64,000 bases of DNA from an uncultured delta proteobacterium (GTDB taxonomy: Bacteria > Myxococcota_A > Polyangia > Polyangiales > Polyangiaceae). Of this stretch, positions 19,059 through 30,016 are shown in pieces (the first letter of the stretch is position 1; each line of letters starts with the position of its first letter). The notes under the pieces were generated by a model. It was given only the letters and a program-made list of their open reading frames with translations. It was not told where the DNA came from and ran no database searches. The translations under genes were made by a program, and so were the position numbers. The stretch is taken from positions 192,001 through 256,000 of the forward strand of contig CAVQUB010000012.1 in NCBI GenBank assembly GCA_963716725.1, given 5' to 3'.

Positions 19059-22000
19059 ATGCCGGCGCGCCCGTCCGACGCCACCCTCCTGACCGCCGGC
19101 CCGACCGTCGCCGAGTCGGGTGCGCGCTCCGGAGCGCAGCCGGACGAGCGTCTGTTCGCGGACGGCGACCGCATCGTCGGCCGCTATCGGGTCGAGGGGC
19201 TGCTCGGCCAGGGCGGCATGGGGCAGGTCTATCAGGTGGTCGACGAGCACGCCGACGGCCGCACGCTCGCGCTCAAGCTCGCCCACCTGTCGGCGGGGGG
19301 CTCCCGCGCCATCGAGATCCTCAAGGGCGAGTTTGCGCTGCTCGCGTCGCTGGTGCACCCCAATCTGGCCGAGGTCCGCGACTTTGGTCACGTGCGCTCC
19401 GACGTTGCGTACTTCACGCAGCGCTTGGTGTCGGGTGTACCTCTCAGCCAGACCGGGCTTCGTCCCGATGACCCCGACGCGGTTCCGATCTGGGCGCAGC
19501 TCTGCCGCGCCCTGGAGTACCTTCACGGCAAGGGCATCCTGCACCGCGACATCAAGCCGTCGAACATCTTGGTCGACCTCGACGCGCGGCACCTGACGCT
19601 GCTCGACTTCGGCGTGTCCCGTGTGCTCGGGTCACGCGAGGACCGCCTCTTGGTCGGCACCTTCGCGTACATGCCCCCGGAGGCCATCGCGGGGGGCCCG
19701 GTCGACGCGCGCTCCGACCTGTATTCGCTCGGAATCACTCTGTACCGCCAGCTCACCGGTCGCGTGCCCTTCGAGGGCACGCACTCTCAGGTGCTCGCCG
19801 CGCACATGGGGCAGGCGCCGGCTCTGCCACGGGGCGAGACCGGCAAGCCCGAGGTCGCCGCCGTGGTCGAGCGTCTGCTCGACAAGGAACCCGGCGCTCG
19901 CTACGCCAGCGCGGCTGAGGTGGCCCACGCCTTGGCGCGGGCCAACGGGGTGGCGCTCGACGCCGAACCCGCTGCGTCGCTGGCGGGCTACGTGCTCTCT
20001 GGCCGCTTCGTTGGCCACGAGGCGCTGCACGCGCGCCTGCTCGAGCTCGGTCTCGCCGTGGAGCCCGGCGCTGCCGCGGTCGTGCTCGTCGGCGAAGCTG
20101 GCAGCGGAAAATCGAGGCTCTTGCGGGAGATCCGCCAGCTGGTTCAGCTCGCGTGGCGCACCTTCGTCGAAGTCGAGGTGCGACGCACCTGGCTCGCGAG
20201 GGGCGTGCTGGTCGCCATATCGCGCGCCGTGATCGACGACGACGTGGCGCAGCGGCTCGACGACGACGACCGCCGGGAGCTCGCCCGGGCGCTTCCCGAG
20301 CTGCGACGACGTGGCGAGCGGCTGACGGTCGCGCTGGATCCGGAGCGCGCGCGGCAGGCGCGTGTCGAGGCGCTTGGACGTGCCATCACCTTGCGCTTCG
20401 ATCGCGCGCCAGGGATGCTGGTCGTCGAAGATCTGCAGTGGGCCGATCAGAGGTCGGTGAGCATGATCGTCCAGGTCGTGGGCGTCGCAAAGCGCTGCGG
20501 CGCGCGTTGTTCCTTCGTTCTCGGGACACGCCCAGGGAGCGCGGCCGACGAGCTGGCCAGTTCCCTCGGGGCCGAAGTGCTCGGTTGCAACGCGCTCACG
20601 CCCATCGAGAGTGCCAAGCTCATCGACAGCATGTTCGGGAGTACGGATTTGCTTTCGGGGACCGAGCTCGGCAACAGCATCGCGCGCGCGCCACACAGCG
20701 CTCAGGAGGTTCAGGAGTCGCTGCGCCTCGCCCTCGATACCGGCGCCATCGTTCGGCGCGACGGGGCCTGGCGGGTCGCGCGCCCGATCCCCGCGTTGCC
20801 TCTCGGCGAAGTGCTGGCTCAGCGCGTCGGAGGTCTGGACCTGGACTGTCGCGCGATCGCCCTCGCCGTGGCGCTGTTAGGTGGCGAGTCGGTGTCGACG
20901 AGCGCCGCCGCGGTGGCCGCACTCGTGCCAGAGGTCGCGGGAGCGGCCCTGCGCCGCCTGGTGAAAGCCGGCGTCCTCGACGAACGCCACGATCGGCAGG
21001 GGCGCGCGGCGTATGCCATGCACGATCGCTTCCGCGACGTGGTGCTGGGCGGGTCCGATGCGTCGGACGTTGCGCGCTCGAATCGCGCGGCCGGGCACTG
21101 GCTGCGATCCATGGCAGCGGGGGACCATCGCGTCTTGCTCGGGGCGGCGGACCACTTTGCGATGGCCGGGAGCCCGAAGCTCGCCGCGCGCGTGGCCGAA
21201 GAGGCCGCGAGGGCCGCCGAGAAGAGCGGCCGGCCCGATCAGGCCGCGACCGCCGTCGCGCAGGCGATCGAGTGGCTCGCCGGCATCGGCGAGGTGCCCG
21301 CATCGGCCTGGCTTCGGCGCTTTGACCTGTGTTTGATCGCGGGTCTTCGCGATGGCACCGAAGAAGCGCTGGCGCGCCTCGAAGCCCGGCTCGCCTCACT
21401 TTCGCCTGCAGAGCGTGTAGCGACTCGCGTGCGTCGCGCGCGCCTCTCCCTCGACCGCGGGCACGCCGCGATGGCGCGTAGCGAGGCAGACCAGGTGCTG
21501 GCGGAGGCGACGGCTCTCGGGGACTCGCGCCTGCTCTCCGAGCTGACCTGGGTGCTCGGCCGCGCTGACGAGGTCTACGGCGATCTCGAGCGCGCCACGC
21601 ACTCATTCGAGGCAGCCGCGGGTCACGGCGAGAAGGCGGGCGACGCACGGCTGGAGGCGCGGGCCTGGCTCGGTGCGTCCCTGTCGGCGATCTTCCTCGG
21701 TCGTGCGGGGCAGGCTGGCGGGTACGCCGAACGCGCCCTGCGGGCCGCGCGGGCGGCGCGCGATCCCGTCGCGATGAGCGAGTCGCTACGTTGTCTCGGG
21801 AACTCGGCGCGTGAGGTCGGCCACATCCCCCGGGCGCTCGCGGTCTACCGGCGGGCGGTCCGCGCGGCTCGCGCCGGTGGCAGCCCCGAGAGCGAGGCCA
21901 AGGCGCTCAACAACCTCGGGACCGTCTGCCATTGGGCGGGGCACATTTCCGAAGCGGTCGCGGCTCTCGAGCGCGCCCTCGTCTTGAAGGAGCGCCTGGG

Positions 22001-22739
22001 ACTGAGCGCGTCGGTGATGCTCACGCGCAACAACCTCGGCAGCATCTACCTGTCGCTGGGTCGACTGGACGAAGCGCAGCGTGAACTGTCGGCGGTGATG
22101 ACCTGGGCGGGCAGCATGGAGCCGATGGTCGTGGCGCTGGCGCACTCCAATTCGGCGGATCTTCACGTGCTGCGCGGCGAACTCGACACCGCGGTGGAGC
22201 TGTATCGCACGGCGCACCGGACCAATCAGCAGCGCTCGAACGCCATGGCGGACTCGCATGCGCTGCCGGGTCTCGTGCGCGCCCTCGTGATGCGCGACGC
22301 TCCCGGAGACCGGGCCGAGGCGGAGCTCCTCCAGCCGCGCCTGGAGGCCCTTCACGCCACCAGCGATCTGGCCGAGACCCGCACGCGCTATCTCACGGCG
22401 TCGGCGATGCTGCTCGACCGGCTCGGTCGACCCGAACCCGCTCTCGAGCTGGTGCGCGGCGCCCTCGACGTCGGCGAGGATCGCCGACAGCGCTTCTCCG
22501 AGCCCTTTGGCACCGCGCTCGAGGCCCAGTGGATGGAGGCCATCTTGCTGGGGCGGCTGGGGCGCAGCGTCGCCGCCAGGCGCGCGGCGCTTCTCGCCAG
22601 GCGAGAGCTGATCAAGACATCGAAGCTCGTCGGTGACCACCCGGCAGTGCAGATCTTCTTCGACAACAACCCGCTGCATCGCGCGATCTTGGCGAGGCAG
22701 CTCGAGACCCGGCCCGGATACACTTGGGATCCATCTTGA
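19059..22739 (+). CDS. Ser/Thr protein kinase fused to a P-loop (STAND/AAA_16-like) NTPase and TPR repeats
   Basis: Kinase motifs GQGGMG, ALK, HRDIKPSN, DFG and GTFAYMPPE. Walker A GEAGSGKS, Walker B LVVEDLQWAD. TPR motifs ALNNLG and TRNNLG. Confidence 0.92.
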   Translation: MPARPSDATLLTAGPTVAESGARSGAQPDERLFADGDRIVGRYRVEGLLGQGGMGQVYQVVDEHADGRTLALKLAHLSAGGSRAIEILKGEFALLASLVHPNLAEVRDFGHVRSDVAYFTQRLVSGVPLSQTGLRPDDPDAVPIWAQLCRALEYLHGKGILHRDIKPSNILVDLDARHLTLLDFGVSRVLGSREDRLLVGTFAYMPPEAIAGGPVDARSDLYSLGITLYRQLTGRVPFEGTHSQVLAAHMGQAPALPRGETGKPEVAAVVERLLDKEPGARYASAAEVAHALARANGVALDAEPAASLAGYVLSGRFVGHEALHARLLELGLAVEPGAAAVVLVGEAGSGKSRLLREIRQLVQLAWRTFVEVEVRRTWLARGVLVAISRAVIDDDVAQRLDDDDRRELARALPELRRRGERLTVALDPERARQARVEALGRAITLRFDRAPGMLVVEDLQWADQRSVSMIVQVVGVAKRCGARCSFVLGTRPGSAADELASSLGAEVLGCNALTPIESAKLIDSMFGSTDLLSGTELGNSIARAPHSAQEVQESLRLALDTGAIVRRDGAWRVARPIPALPLGEVLAQRVGGLDLDCRAIALAVALLGGESVSTSAAAVAALVPEVAGAALRRLVKAGVLDERHDRQGRAAYAMHDRFRDVVLGGSDASDVARSNRAAGHWLRSMAAGDHRVLLGAADHFAMAGSPKLAARVAEEAARAAEKSGRPDQAATAVAQAIEWLAGIGEVPASAWLRRFDLCLIAGLRDGTEEALARLEARLASLSPAERVATRVRRARLSLDRGHAAMARSEADQVLAEATALGDSRLLSELTWVLGRADEVYGDLERATHSFEAAAGHGEKAGDARLEARAWLGASLSAIFLGRAGQAGGYAERALRAARAARDPVAMSESLRCLGNSAREVGHIPRALAVYRRAVRAARAGGSPESEAKALNNLGTVCHWAGHISEAVAALERALVLKERLGLSASVMLTRNNLGSIYLSLGRLDEAQRELSAVMTWAGSMEPMVVALAHSNSADLHVLRGELDTAVELYRTAHRTNQQRSNAMADSHALPGLVRALVMRDAPGDRAEAELLQPRLEALHATSDLAETRTRYLTASAMLLDRLGRPEPALELVRGALDVGEDRRQRFSEPFGTALEAQWMEAILLGRLGRSVAARRAALLARRELIKTSKLVGDHPAVQIFFDNNPLHRAILARQLETRPGYTWDPS

Positions 22740-22940
22740 TAGATCGGAAGTCGGTCACGACCTGACGCGCGATGGCCCAGGCCTCGTCGTTCCCGCAGTG
22801 CCCGACGCCTCAGCGGTCGCCCGCCAGTCCCGATGAGCCTGGGCAGCGGGTCGCCGGGCGACGGTTGGCTCGGGCGTTCGCCGCCCAGGTTGCCATGATC
22901 GCCCTTTGGCCTTGATGGGCCAACCCAGTCGACCTATCGA

Positions 22941-23543
22941 ATGAGCATGAGCGACGAGAAGACCGAGCAGCCGAGCGCCACCGAAGATCGACCCAGCCTC
23001 GTGGAAGAGGTCGACCCCGAGCCCTTCTCGACCCCTGAACCAAAGCTCGATTCCCGATCGCACCACCCGCCGCCGCCGCCGCGGCTGCGCAGCTCCGAGG
23101 CTCGCCCACTGCAGGTCACCGGCGAACCCAAGGTCGCGCGGGACTTGATGACGCGTCAGCTCTTTACCATCGAACCGGACGCCGTCATTGGATCGCTCGA
23201 AGAGCAAATGGCGGCGCTGCGCTTCCGTCACTTGCCGGTGGTGGACGGAGCGAAGGTCGTCGGCATGATCAGCCACAGTGACCTCTTGCACGCGTCCTCG
23301 AGCCACCTCACCAGCTTTGCCAAAGAGGTCGACGAGCTCGTGCACAAAATGCCAGCCAAGCGCATCATGCGCGACGACTTCGTGACCGTTCGGCCGGACG
23401 CCGCCCTGGCCGACGTCGCTGCCCAGATGTGGAAGGCACGCGCCGGTTGCGTGCTGGTGACCGAAGCGAGCGGTGAGCTCGTCGGAATCATCACCGAGGC
23501 GGACTTCTTGCGACTTGCGCATCATTTCTTGAGCAAGGCCTGA
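22941..23543 (+). CDS. CBS-pair domain protein
   Basis: ARDLMT, FRHLPVVD, VVGMISHSD, RIMR and LVGIITEAD. Confidence 0.88.
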   Translation: MSMSDEKTEQPSATEDRPSLVEEVDPEPFSTPEPKLDSRSHHPPPPPRLRSSEARPLQVTGEPKVARDLMTRQLFTIEPDAVIGSLEEQMAALRFRHLPVVDGAKVVGMISHSDLLHASSSHLTSFAKEVDELVHKMPAKRIMRDDFVTVRPDAALADVAAQMWKARAGCVLVTEASGELVGIITEADFLRLAHHFLSKA

Positions 23544-23599
23544 GCGCACGACCGCCGGGCCACTGCAAGACGAGGTCCTTGCAGCGGGCCATCGTCCCT

Positions 23600-24916
23600 T
23601 CACGCGCTGGGTTTTGGAAGAACGGCGAGCGTCAGCAAGCGTGTCAGCGCCGAGATCATCGGCTCGACGTCCGCCGCGGCGGCCATTTCGCGGCACGAGT
23701 GCATGCTCAACATCGGGTTGCCGACGTCTACCGTGCGGATCCCCATTTGCGCGGCGGAAATCGGCCCGATCGTGCTGCCACAGGGCATGTCGTTCCGGGA
23801 GACGAAACGTTGGGGGGTGGTTCCGGCTTGGCGGCACGCGAGCTCGAACACCGCCGCGCTCGGCGCGTCTGTCGCGTAGGACTGGTTGGCGTTGAGCTTG
23901 ATCACCGGACCCTTGCCCAGCTTCGGCGCGTGTTGCTTGTCGTGCTTGTCGGCGTAGTTCGGGTGGACGGCGTGGGCCATATCGGCGCTCACCATCAGCG
24001 AGCGGGCGAAGGCTCGGCTCGTCGCGTCGCGCCCCGCGTCACGATAGGCGCCCGCGACCCGATCGAGCACGCTGGAAAGGAATCGAGATTTCGCGCCGGC
24101 CGCGCTCTGGCTCCCGACCTCTTCGTGATCGTACAGGGCCACTACGCGGGTGGCGGCAGCGGTCGACCCAGCGGCGAGCAACGCGGTGAGGGCTGCGTGG
24201 CACGAGGCGAGGTTGTCGAGGCGCGGAGCGAAGATGAACTCCGAACTCTCTCCACCGAGACAGGCTGGCGTTACGTCGTAGAGACAGAGATCGAAGGAGA
24301 CGATCTCCGAGCTCTCGACCGAGAGGGCCTCCGAGAGCAGCGCGGGTAGCCCGCGGCGATGGCCTTCATCGCTCTTTCCGAGCCCGAGCAGCGGCATCAA
24401 GTGGGTTTGCGCGTTGAGCTGTGGCCCGGCGGTGTTGACCTCGCGATTCAGGTGAATGGCGAGGTTGGGGATGCGGCACAGCGCGCCATCGAGGCGCACG
24501 AGTCGCGACTGCCCGCTGGCGAGGGTGACGCGCCCGGCGATGGAGAGGTCGCGATCCAGCCAAGTATGCCAGATCACTCCGCCGTAGACCTCGATGCCCA
24601 GCTGCCGATATCCGTTGGCGGAGACCTCGGCCAGCGGCTTGATTCGAAGGTTGGGGGAGTCGGTGTGCGCGCCGACCAGGACGAAACCGGACTCGGAGGG
24701 AGGTTCGCCGCCCGCCACGAACGCCACCACGGTGCCGCCGCCGCGCACCACGAAGCGGCGACAGCCGGGGGTGAGCTGCCACGCATCGCGCTCGTCGAGC
24801 TCCCCAAAGCCGGCTGCCACGAGGCGTCGCGTGACCTCTGCAACAGCGTGATAGGGCGTGGGACTGGCGTCGATGAACGCCAGCAGATCTCGGACGTGGT
24901 CGGCGGGTTCCACCAT
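23600..24916 (-). CDS. apeB: M18 family aspartyl aminopeptidase
   Basis: SPTPYHAV, GAHTDSP, TWLDRDL, IPNLAIHL, RLDNLASC, DHEEVGS, SADMAHAVHPNY and LSMHSCRE. Confidence 0.93.
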   Translation of the reverse strand: MVEPADHVRDLLAFIDASPTPYHAVAEVTRRLVAAGFGELDERDAWQLTPGCRRFVVRGGGTVVAFVAGGEPPSESGFVLVGAHTDSPNLRIKPLAEVSANGYRQLGIEVYGGVIWHTWLDRDLSIAGRVTLASGQSRLVRLDGALCRIPNLAIHLNREVNTAGPQLNAQTHLMPLLGLGKSDEGHRRGLPALLSEALSVESSEIVSFDLCLYDVTPACLGGESSEFIFAPRLDNLASCHAALTALLAAGSTAAATRVVALYDHEEVGSQSAAGAKSRFLSSVLDRVAGAYRDAGRDATSRAFARSLMVSADMAHAVHPNYADKHDKQHAPKLGKGPVIKLNANQSYATDAPSAAVFELACRQAGTTPQRFVSRNDMPCGSTIGPISAAQMGIRTVDVGNPMLSMHSCREMAAAADVEPMISALTRLLTLAVLPKPSA

Positions 24917-24967
24917 CGCGCGACTATACAGCCAAATCCCTGGGTGGCCCGGGTATACTCCCGGGCC

Positions 24968-26047
24968 GTGCTCTCGCGAGATGTTCGCTTGGAAGGCTTC
25001 ACGACCGACGACTGGGTGCGTCTCGCCGAGGTGTTTCGCTCTCCGCGTTCGGACGCTGACGGATCCGAACCCGCGGAGCGCGGCGGAGCGCCGGCCACGA
25101 GCGCCGAGGCTGCTCACGCGCGAGCGACCGCAGGGGGTCGGCGGCGCGGAGGCGTCATCGCGGTCACCGCGGATGGCAGGTTGAAGAAGCTCGTGGGGAC
25201 CGAGTTGGGGCGGCTCGACTTGAGCGCCGAGCCATGGCCTGAAGCGCTCGACCTGTTGGCGGAGCGCTACGGGTGTCGCTGGGCTGTTCAAATCGAACGC
25301 GGCGCCCTCGACGACCTGATGGAGCGCTACGCAGCGCGGCTGTGCCGCGATCACGACGCGCTTGGGCAGATCATCTTGTTCCTCTCCGTGCTGCGGGAGC
25401 TGGAAATCGAAGGCAAGCTCGAGCTATGGCCTTGGAAGGTGAACGCCTGGCCGATGCCCCATGAAGGCGTGGTCCTGCGTGCCTTCGATGCCCTGTGCCC
25501 AGACGGCAAGTCCATCGTGCTGGGCGTATTTCGGGAGGGCGAGTTGCACACCGCCGTGGTCGTGCGTCGGAAGGGTGCGGGCTTTGACCTGATCCTGGGT
25601 CCCGACCGACTTCGCTCCGCGATGGGGCTGGTCGCGGGGGACTTCCGGCGAGACTACCGCCACCTCTCGCGGGCCGCTGAACAAGCCGCAGGGCCCCTCG
25701 CGCTCGGGTGTTTCGGCGAGCTCGATACCCTGCGCGCGCTGCTCAATCGCCCGGTCCCCGGGGCTTGGGCGGCGGCGGTCGCTGCACGCGACGTGGTCCT
25801 GTCGCCGGCGGTGCCCGCCGTCGCGATTCCTCTCGGGATCGACGCCGGCCGCGCCGCCGTCGTCGCCGTCCGCGATTTCGCCGAGCGCATGGGCGCGAGC
25901 TCGTGGCTTGCCGCCGATGGCCCCCTCGGTCCAACGCTTTCGCGCGTGCGCGAGATGGCCTCCACGCCCAGGGATATCCGGCAACTGCTCGGCTTCGATC
26001 CCATGCAGCTGATCCGCCGGCTCTTGTCCCGCAGTGGGGACGACTGA
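24968..26047 (+). CDS. Hypothetical protein, probably co-transcribed with the histidine kinase
   Basis: Protein-like part of ORF 24359-26047 starting VLSRDVRLEGF; its stop abuts the kinase start. Start codon uncertain. Confidence 0.65.
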   Translation: MLSRDVRLEGFTTDDWVRLAEVFRSPRSDADGSEPAERGGAPATSAEAAHARATAGGRRRGGVIAVTADGRLKKLVGTELGRLDLSAEPWPEALDLLAERYGCRWAVQIERGALDDLMERYAARLCRDHDALGQIILFLSVLRELEIEGKLELWPWKVNAWPMPHEGVVLRAFDALCPDGKSIVLGVFREGELHTAVVVRRKGAGFDLILGPDRLRSAMGLVAGDFRRDYRHLSRAAEQAAGPLALGCFGELDTLRALLNRPVPGAWAAAVAARDVVLSPAVPAVAIPLGIDAGRAAVVAVRDFAERMGASSWLAADGPLGPTLSRVREMASTPRDIRQLLGFDPMQLIRRLLSRSGDD

Positions 26048-26048
26048 G

Positions 26049-27773
26049 GTGGCGCAGTCGGGGAGGATCCGCCGCCGCCTGTCCTTGGCCATCGGACTCA
26101 CGGCGCTGATCCCCATGTTGGGCGCCATTTGGATGGCGCGCAGCATGGTGCGACAGACGGCGGCCAGGTTCTACCTGCCCGAGATAGGAACGCGCCTCGA
26201 CCAGTCGCTGGGTTTGTACCAAGAGCTGGCGCGGTCGATCAAAGCGTCGATGCGCAACGCAGCTTCGGCGATCGCCGCATCGGGCGCGCTGCGACGCGCG
26301 GTCGCCCAGTCCGACGCGGAAGGCACTCGGCGCGCCCTTGACGAAGAGCTGAGCAAATACCCGGGCCTCGTCTCGCTGACGGTGCACGCCGCCGACGGAA
26401 AGGTCCTGGCGAGTGTCGACCGAGGTTCTTCGCTCGACCCGGCCAAAGAGAACAAGCTCGAGGTGACTCGCTACCTCGGCGGTGAACCCTCCCCACCGGA
26501 CACGGGCAACGAGCAGTACGAACCCGACGAGCCAGCGGAGGACGACGCGGCTGAGCCGGTCGAGCCCGACCAACCGCGAGCCGCCCGCCTGGTCGCCGTG
26601 TTCGCTGCCGACAAGGCGCGCTTCGACGAACTCGAGGGCATGAGCCAGTTTGTCGACACCTACAAACAGATCGAGCAACGCCGAGAGGTGGACGAAGAGA
26701 GCTACGTGTACTCGTTCGCCTTGCTCCTCGGCATCACCATCGCGGGCGCTTTCGGGGTCGGGACACTCTTGGCGCGAGGCGTCTCGTCGCGAATTGACGA
26801 GCTGGCCGCCGCCACCAAGCGAGTCGGCGCGGGCGACCTCAGCATCCGGGTTCCAGAAGCAGGTAGCGATGAGATCGCCGATCTCGCGGGGGCCTTCAAC
26901 CGCATGCTCGGCGAGGTCGAGGCCAGCCGCGCGCGCATCGAGTACCTCCAGCGGATCGGCGCATGGCAAGAGATGGCGCGGCGGCTCGCCCACGAGATCA
27001 AGAACCCGCTCACCCCGATTCAGCTCGCGGTCCAAGAGGTGCACCGGCGATACGGTGGTGAGGACGAGAAGTTCCAGAAGCTCTTGGATACGACCCGCGA
27101 GATCGTTGAAGACGAAGTGGGGACCTTGCGCCGCTTGGTGGGGGAGTTCTCGAGCTTTGCCCGCTTGCCCCAGGCTAGGCTCGAGAAGGCCGACCTCGGC
27201 GATTTCTTACGCGAGCAGCGCGAACGGATCAGCGTCGTCGACGACGACGGTCTCGACGCCGACGCACATCTGGAACGCGGCGCCGTGCTGCCGCGAAACG
27301 TCGAGCTCGACTTCGAGCTCCCCAGCGGCGCCGCAGAAGCGTACCTGGACAAACAAATGCTGCGACGGGCGTTGATCAACCTGATCCGCAACGCCGGCCA
27401 GGCCATCGCGGGTGCGGGCCGGGATACGGGCCGGGTCGTCGTGAGCGTTCACCGTGCGGGTGAGCGCTGGGTTTTGGACGTCGACGACGACGGGCCCGGC
27501 GTGCCCGCCGAGATGCGGCAGAACATCTTCGATCCCTACTTCACCACCAAGACCGAGGGTACGGGTCTGGGACTCGCCATCGTCAAGAAGATCATCGTCG
27601 AGCACGGAGGATCCATCGCCGCCGAGTCGGCCCCGCTCGGCGGAGCCCGCGTGCGGGTGATGCTGCCCGTGGCCGGGACGCCGGCGGCGCAAGCGTTGCT
27701 CGAAGCGAGAGAGTGGCAAGGCCCACCTTCCTCGGCTAGACCCAAGTCCGAACGTGTGCCCGGATCGAAATAG
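26049..27773 (+). CDS. HAMP-domain sensor histidine kinase (NtrY-like)
   Basis: Two TM segments and a HAMP domain (DEIADLAGAFNRM). WQEMARRLAHEIKNPLTPI, NLIRNA, DDGPG, FDPYFTTK and GTGLGL. Alternative GTG start at 26034. Confidence 0.93.
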   Translation: MAQSGRIRRRLSLAIGLTALIPMLGAIWMARSMVRQTAARFYLPEIGTRLDQSLGLYQELARSIKASMRNAASAIAASGALRRAVAQSDAEGTRRALDEELSKYPGLVSLTVHAADGKVLASVDRGSSLDPAKENKLEVTRYLGGEPSPPDTGNEQYEPDEPAEDDAAEPVEPDQPRAARLVAVFAADKARFDELEGMSQFVDTYKQIEQRREVDEESYVYSFALLLGITIAGAFGVGTLLARGVSSRIDELAAATKRVGAGDLSIRVPEAGSDEIADLAGAFNRMLGEVEASRARIEYLQRIGAWQEMARRLAHEIKNPLTPIQLAVQEVHRRYGGEDEKFQKLLDTTREIVEDEVGTLRRLVGEFSSFARLPQARLEKADLGDFLREQRERISVVDDDGLDADAHLERGAVLPRNVELDFELPSGAAEAYLDKQMLRRALINLIRNAGQAIAGAGRDTGRVVVSVHRAGERWVLDVDDDGPGVPAEMRQNIFDPYFTTKTEGTGLGLAIVKKIIVEHGGSIAAESAPLGGARVRVMLPVAGTPAAQALLEAREWQGPPSSARPKSERVPGSK

Positions 27774-27774
27774 C

Positions 27775-28323
27775 GTGAAGCGCGAGGTGAGTCCCAAGCA
27801 GCCTTGGTTGACGCTGGTGCTCGTCATCGGTGCCAGCCTGGTCTTTGGACTCGTCATTTTGCCGCGGCTCTCGGGCGGCAAGTCGAGCGCAATGGAAGGG
27901 CTCCCGGCCCCCGACTTCGAGCTCGAGGTGATCTCCGGCGGGGACGCCGGCAACCGTCTGCGCCTCTCGAATCTGGCGGGTAAGGCCGTGGTGCTCGACT
28001 TCTGGGCGAGCTGGTGCGGTCCTTGTCGACAGCAGGCTCCCATCGTCGAGGAGCTGGCCAGGGCTCATCCGTCTGGGGACGTGGTGGTCATCGGGGTGAA
28101 CACCAGCGACGATCGCGACGACGCGCTGGCGTTCACCAAGTCGGCGTCGCTGACCTACGCGATGGTCTTCGACGAGGGGACCCGGGTCGCGAGCGCCTAC
28201 GGCGTGCGGAATCTCCCGACGCTCGTCGTGGTCGACAAGCACGGAAAGGTGATGGCGGTGCGGACCCGAGTCGTCCGCCGGGCCGAGCTCGAGGAGCTGG
28301 TGGCCAAAGCGCTTCGCAACTGA
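27775..28323 (+). CDS. TlpA/ResA-family thiol-disulfide oxidoreductase
   Basis: N-terminal TM anchor, APDFEL, DFWASWCGPC and YGVRNLPT. Confidence 0.9.
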   Translation: MKREVSPKQPWLTLVLVIGASLVFGLVILPRLSGGKSSAMEGLPAPDFELEVISGGDAGNRLRLSNLAGKAVVLDFWASWCGPCRQQAPIVEELARAHPSGDVVVIGVNTSDDRDDALAFTKSASLTYAMVFDEGTRVASAYGVRNLPTLVVVDKHGKVMAVRTRVVRRAELEELVAKALRN

Positions 28324-28364
28324 GGCTGGCGTCCTCGTCCCTCATTTGGCAGGCTAGTCGGGTC

Positions 28365-28757
28365 ATGAGCAGTCGCATCGAGTCTTTCGAGGAGTTCTGG
28401 CCTTTCTACGTGCGGCAGCACTCGAAGAAGCTGACTCGCCAGCTGCACTTCGCCGGCACGACGCTGGCCGTGGGCTGCGCCGCCGCGGGGCTGGCGACGC
28501 GTCGCGGTTGGCTCCTGCTGCTGGCGCCCGCCCTCGGGTACGGCCCGGCGTGGCTCTCGCACTTCCTGATCGAGAAGAACCGCCCGGCGACCTTCAGCTA
28601 CCCAGCTTGGAGCTTGGCCGCGGACTTCATCATGTGGGGCAAGACGCTGGCGGGCACCATGGACGACGAGGTCACGGCGGTGCTGGAGGTCGACCGCGCG
28701 CGGGTGGTGTCCTCCGAGCCTCGCACCAACATGGCTACGGACGGCAGCCTGAACTGA
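28365..28757 (+). CDS. DUF962 / Mpo1-like membrane protein
   Basis: FEEFWPFYVRQHS, LHFAGT and AWLSHFLIEKNRPATF. Confidence 0.88.
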   Translation: MSSRIESFEEFWPFYVRQHSKKLTRQLHFAGTTLAVGCAAAGLATRRGWLLLLAPALGYGPAWLSHFLIEKNRPATFSYPAWSLAADFIMWGKTLAGTMDDEVTAVLEVDRARVVSSEPRTNMATDGSLN

Positions 28758-28807
28758 GTGACATCTTAGCGGTTGACGGACCCCCTTCGCCGTCGCAAGT
28801 AAGCCCC

Positions 28808-29074
<267 letters not shown>

Positions 29075-29080
29075 GCAGCC

Positions 29081-30013
29081 ATGTCGCTCCCTGCGCGCGC
29101 GCTTGCTCTGTGTCTCGTCGCCGGGGCCTGCGCCTCGCGCCCGCCCCCGCCGCCCGCCATCGAGACTCGAGAGGTGGATCTCGAGCGCTCGCCTGAACCT
29201 CGTCGGTCCACGCCGACCTCCGTTGCCGCAGCGGACGGGGCTCCCGGACCGAAGCCGTTGCCACTCGCAGAAGCGTCGACGGACGCAGCGCCGGCCGTGA
29301 AGCTCGTCGAGGCGGGCTCCGAGCCGCGGCGTGCCCTGCGACACACGTTCCGCAAGAGCAAGCAGAGCCTGACCATCAAGGCTCTCACACGCGTCAAGGG
29401 CGCGAACATGCCGCTGCCACCCATGTCGCTGTCTGCGCCGATGGAGTGGCGCATCGTCGAGGTGAACGGGGCCGGCGACGCGCGCTTCGAGCTCACAGCG
29501 GGACCCTTCTCCAGCGGGGCCGCCGGCGGCGTGGCAGGTGCGTTGGGTGGGTTGATGGGCGGCGGCGGCGCCCCCGACAAGGTGGCTGGCTGGGGTTGGG
29601 TGACGAGCCGGGGGGTGATGAAAGAGTTCCACGTCGAAGAAGGGGCCGCCGACGGCGACGCTCCGGTGGAGACCGGCGATCCATTCCCCGACGAGGCCGT
29701 GGGCGTTGGCGCGCGCTGGATGGTCACCAGCACCGTGCGCGAGAAGGACGGCCCTGTGCGCCAGGTGAGCGAGTACCAGCTGCTCGGCGTCGACAAGAAG
29801 AGCGCACGCACCAAGCTGTCGCGTACGCAGACCCCCATGGGTCAGCTCGATGGATCGGCATCGGCCACCAGCAGTGGTGAACTCACCTTTCGATTTGGCG
29901 AGGTCTACCCGACCGGTCGACTCGAGATGACGCGGACCATGACCGTCAACCTGCCTGGTCTCGACGGCGCGGCGCTTCAGCTCGCGTCGGAGGTCACCGT
30001 CGCGAAGAAGTGA
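29081..30013 (+). CDS. Uncharacterised lipoprotein
   Basis: Lipobox AGAC, Pro-rich linker, VKLVEAGSEPRRALR and PFPDEAVGVGARW. Confidence 0.75.
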   Translation: MSLPARALALCLVAGACASRPPPPPAIETREVDLERSPEPRRSTPTSVAAADGAPGPKPLPLAEASTDAAPAVKLVEAGSEPRRALRHTFRKSKQSLTIKALTRVKGANMPLPPMSLSAPMEWRIVEVNGAGDARFELTAGPFSSGAAGGVAGALGGLMGGGGAPDKVAGWGWVTSRGVMKEFHVEEGAADGDAPVETGDPFPDEAVGVGARWMVTSTVREKDGPVRQVSEYQLLGVDKKSARTKLSRTQTPMGQLDGSASATSSGELTFRFGEVYPTGRLEMTRTMTVNLPGLDGAALQLASEVTVAKK

Positions 30014-30016
30014 AGC

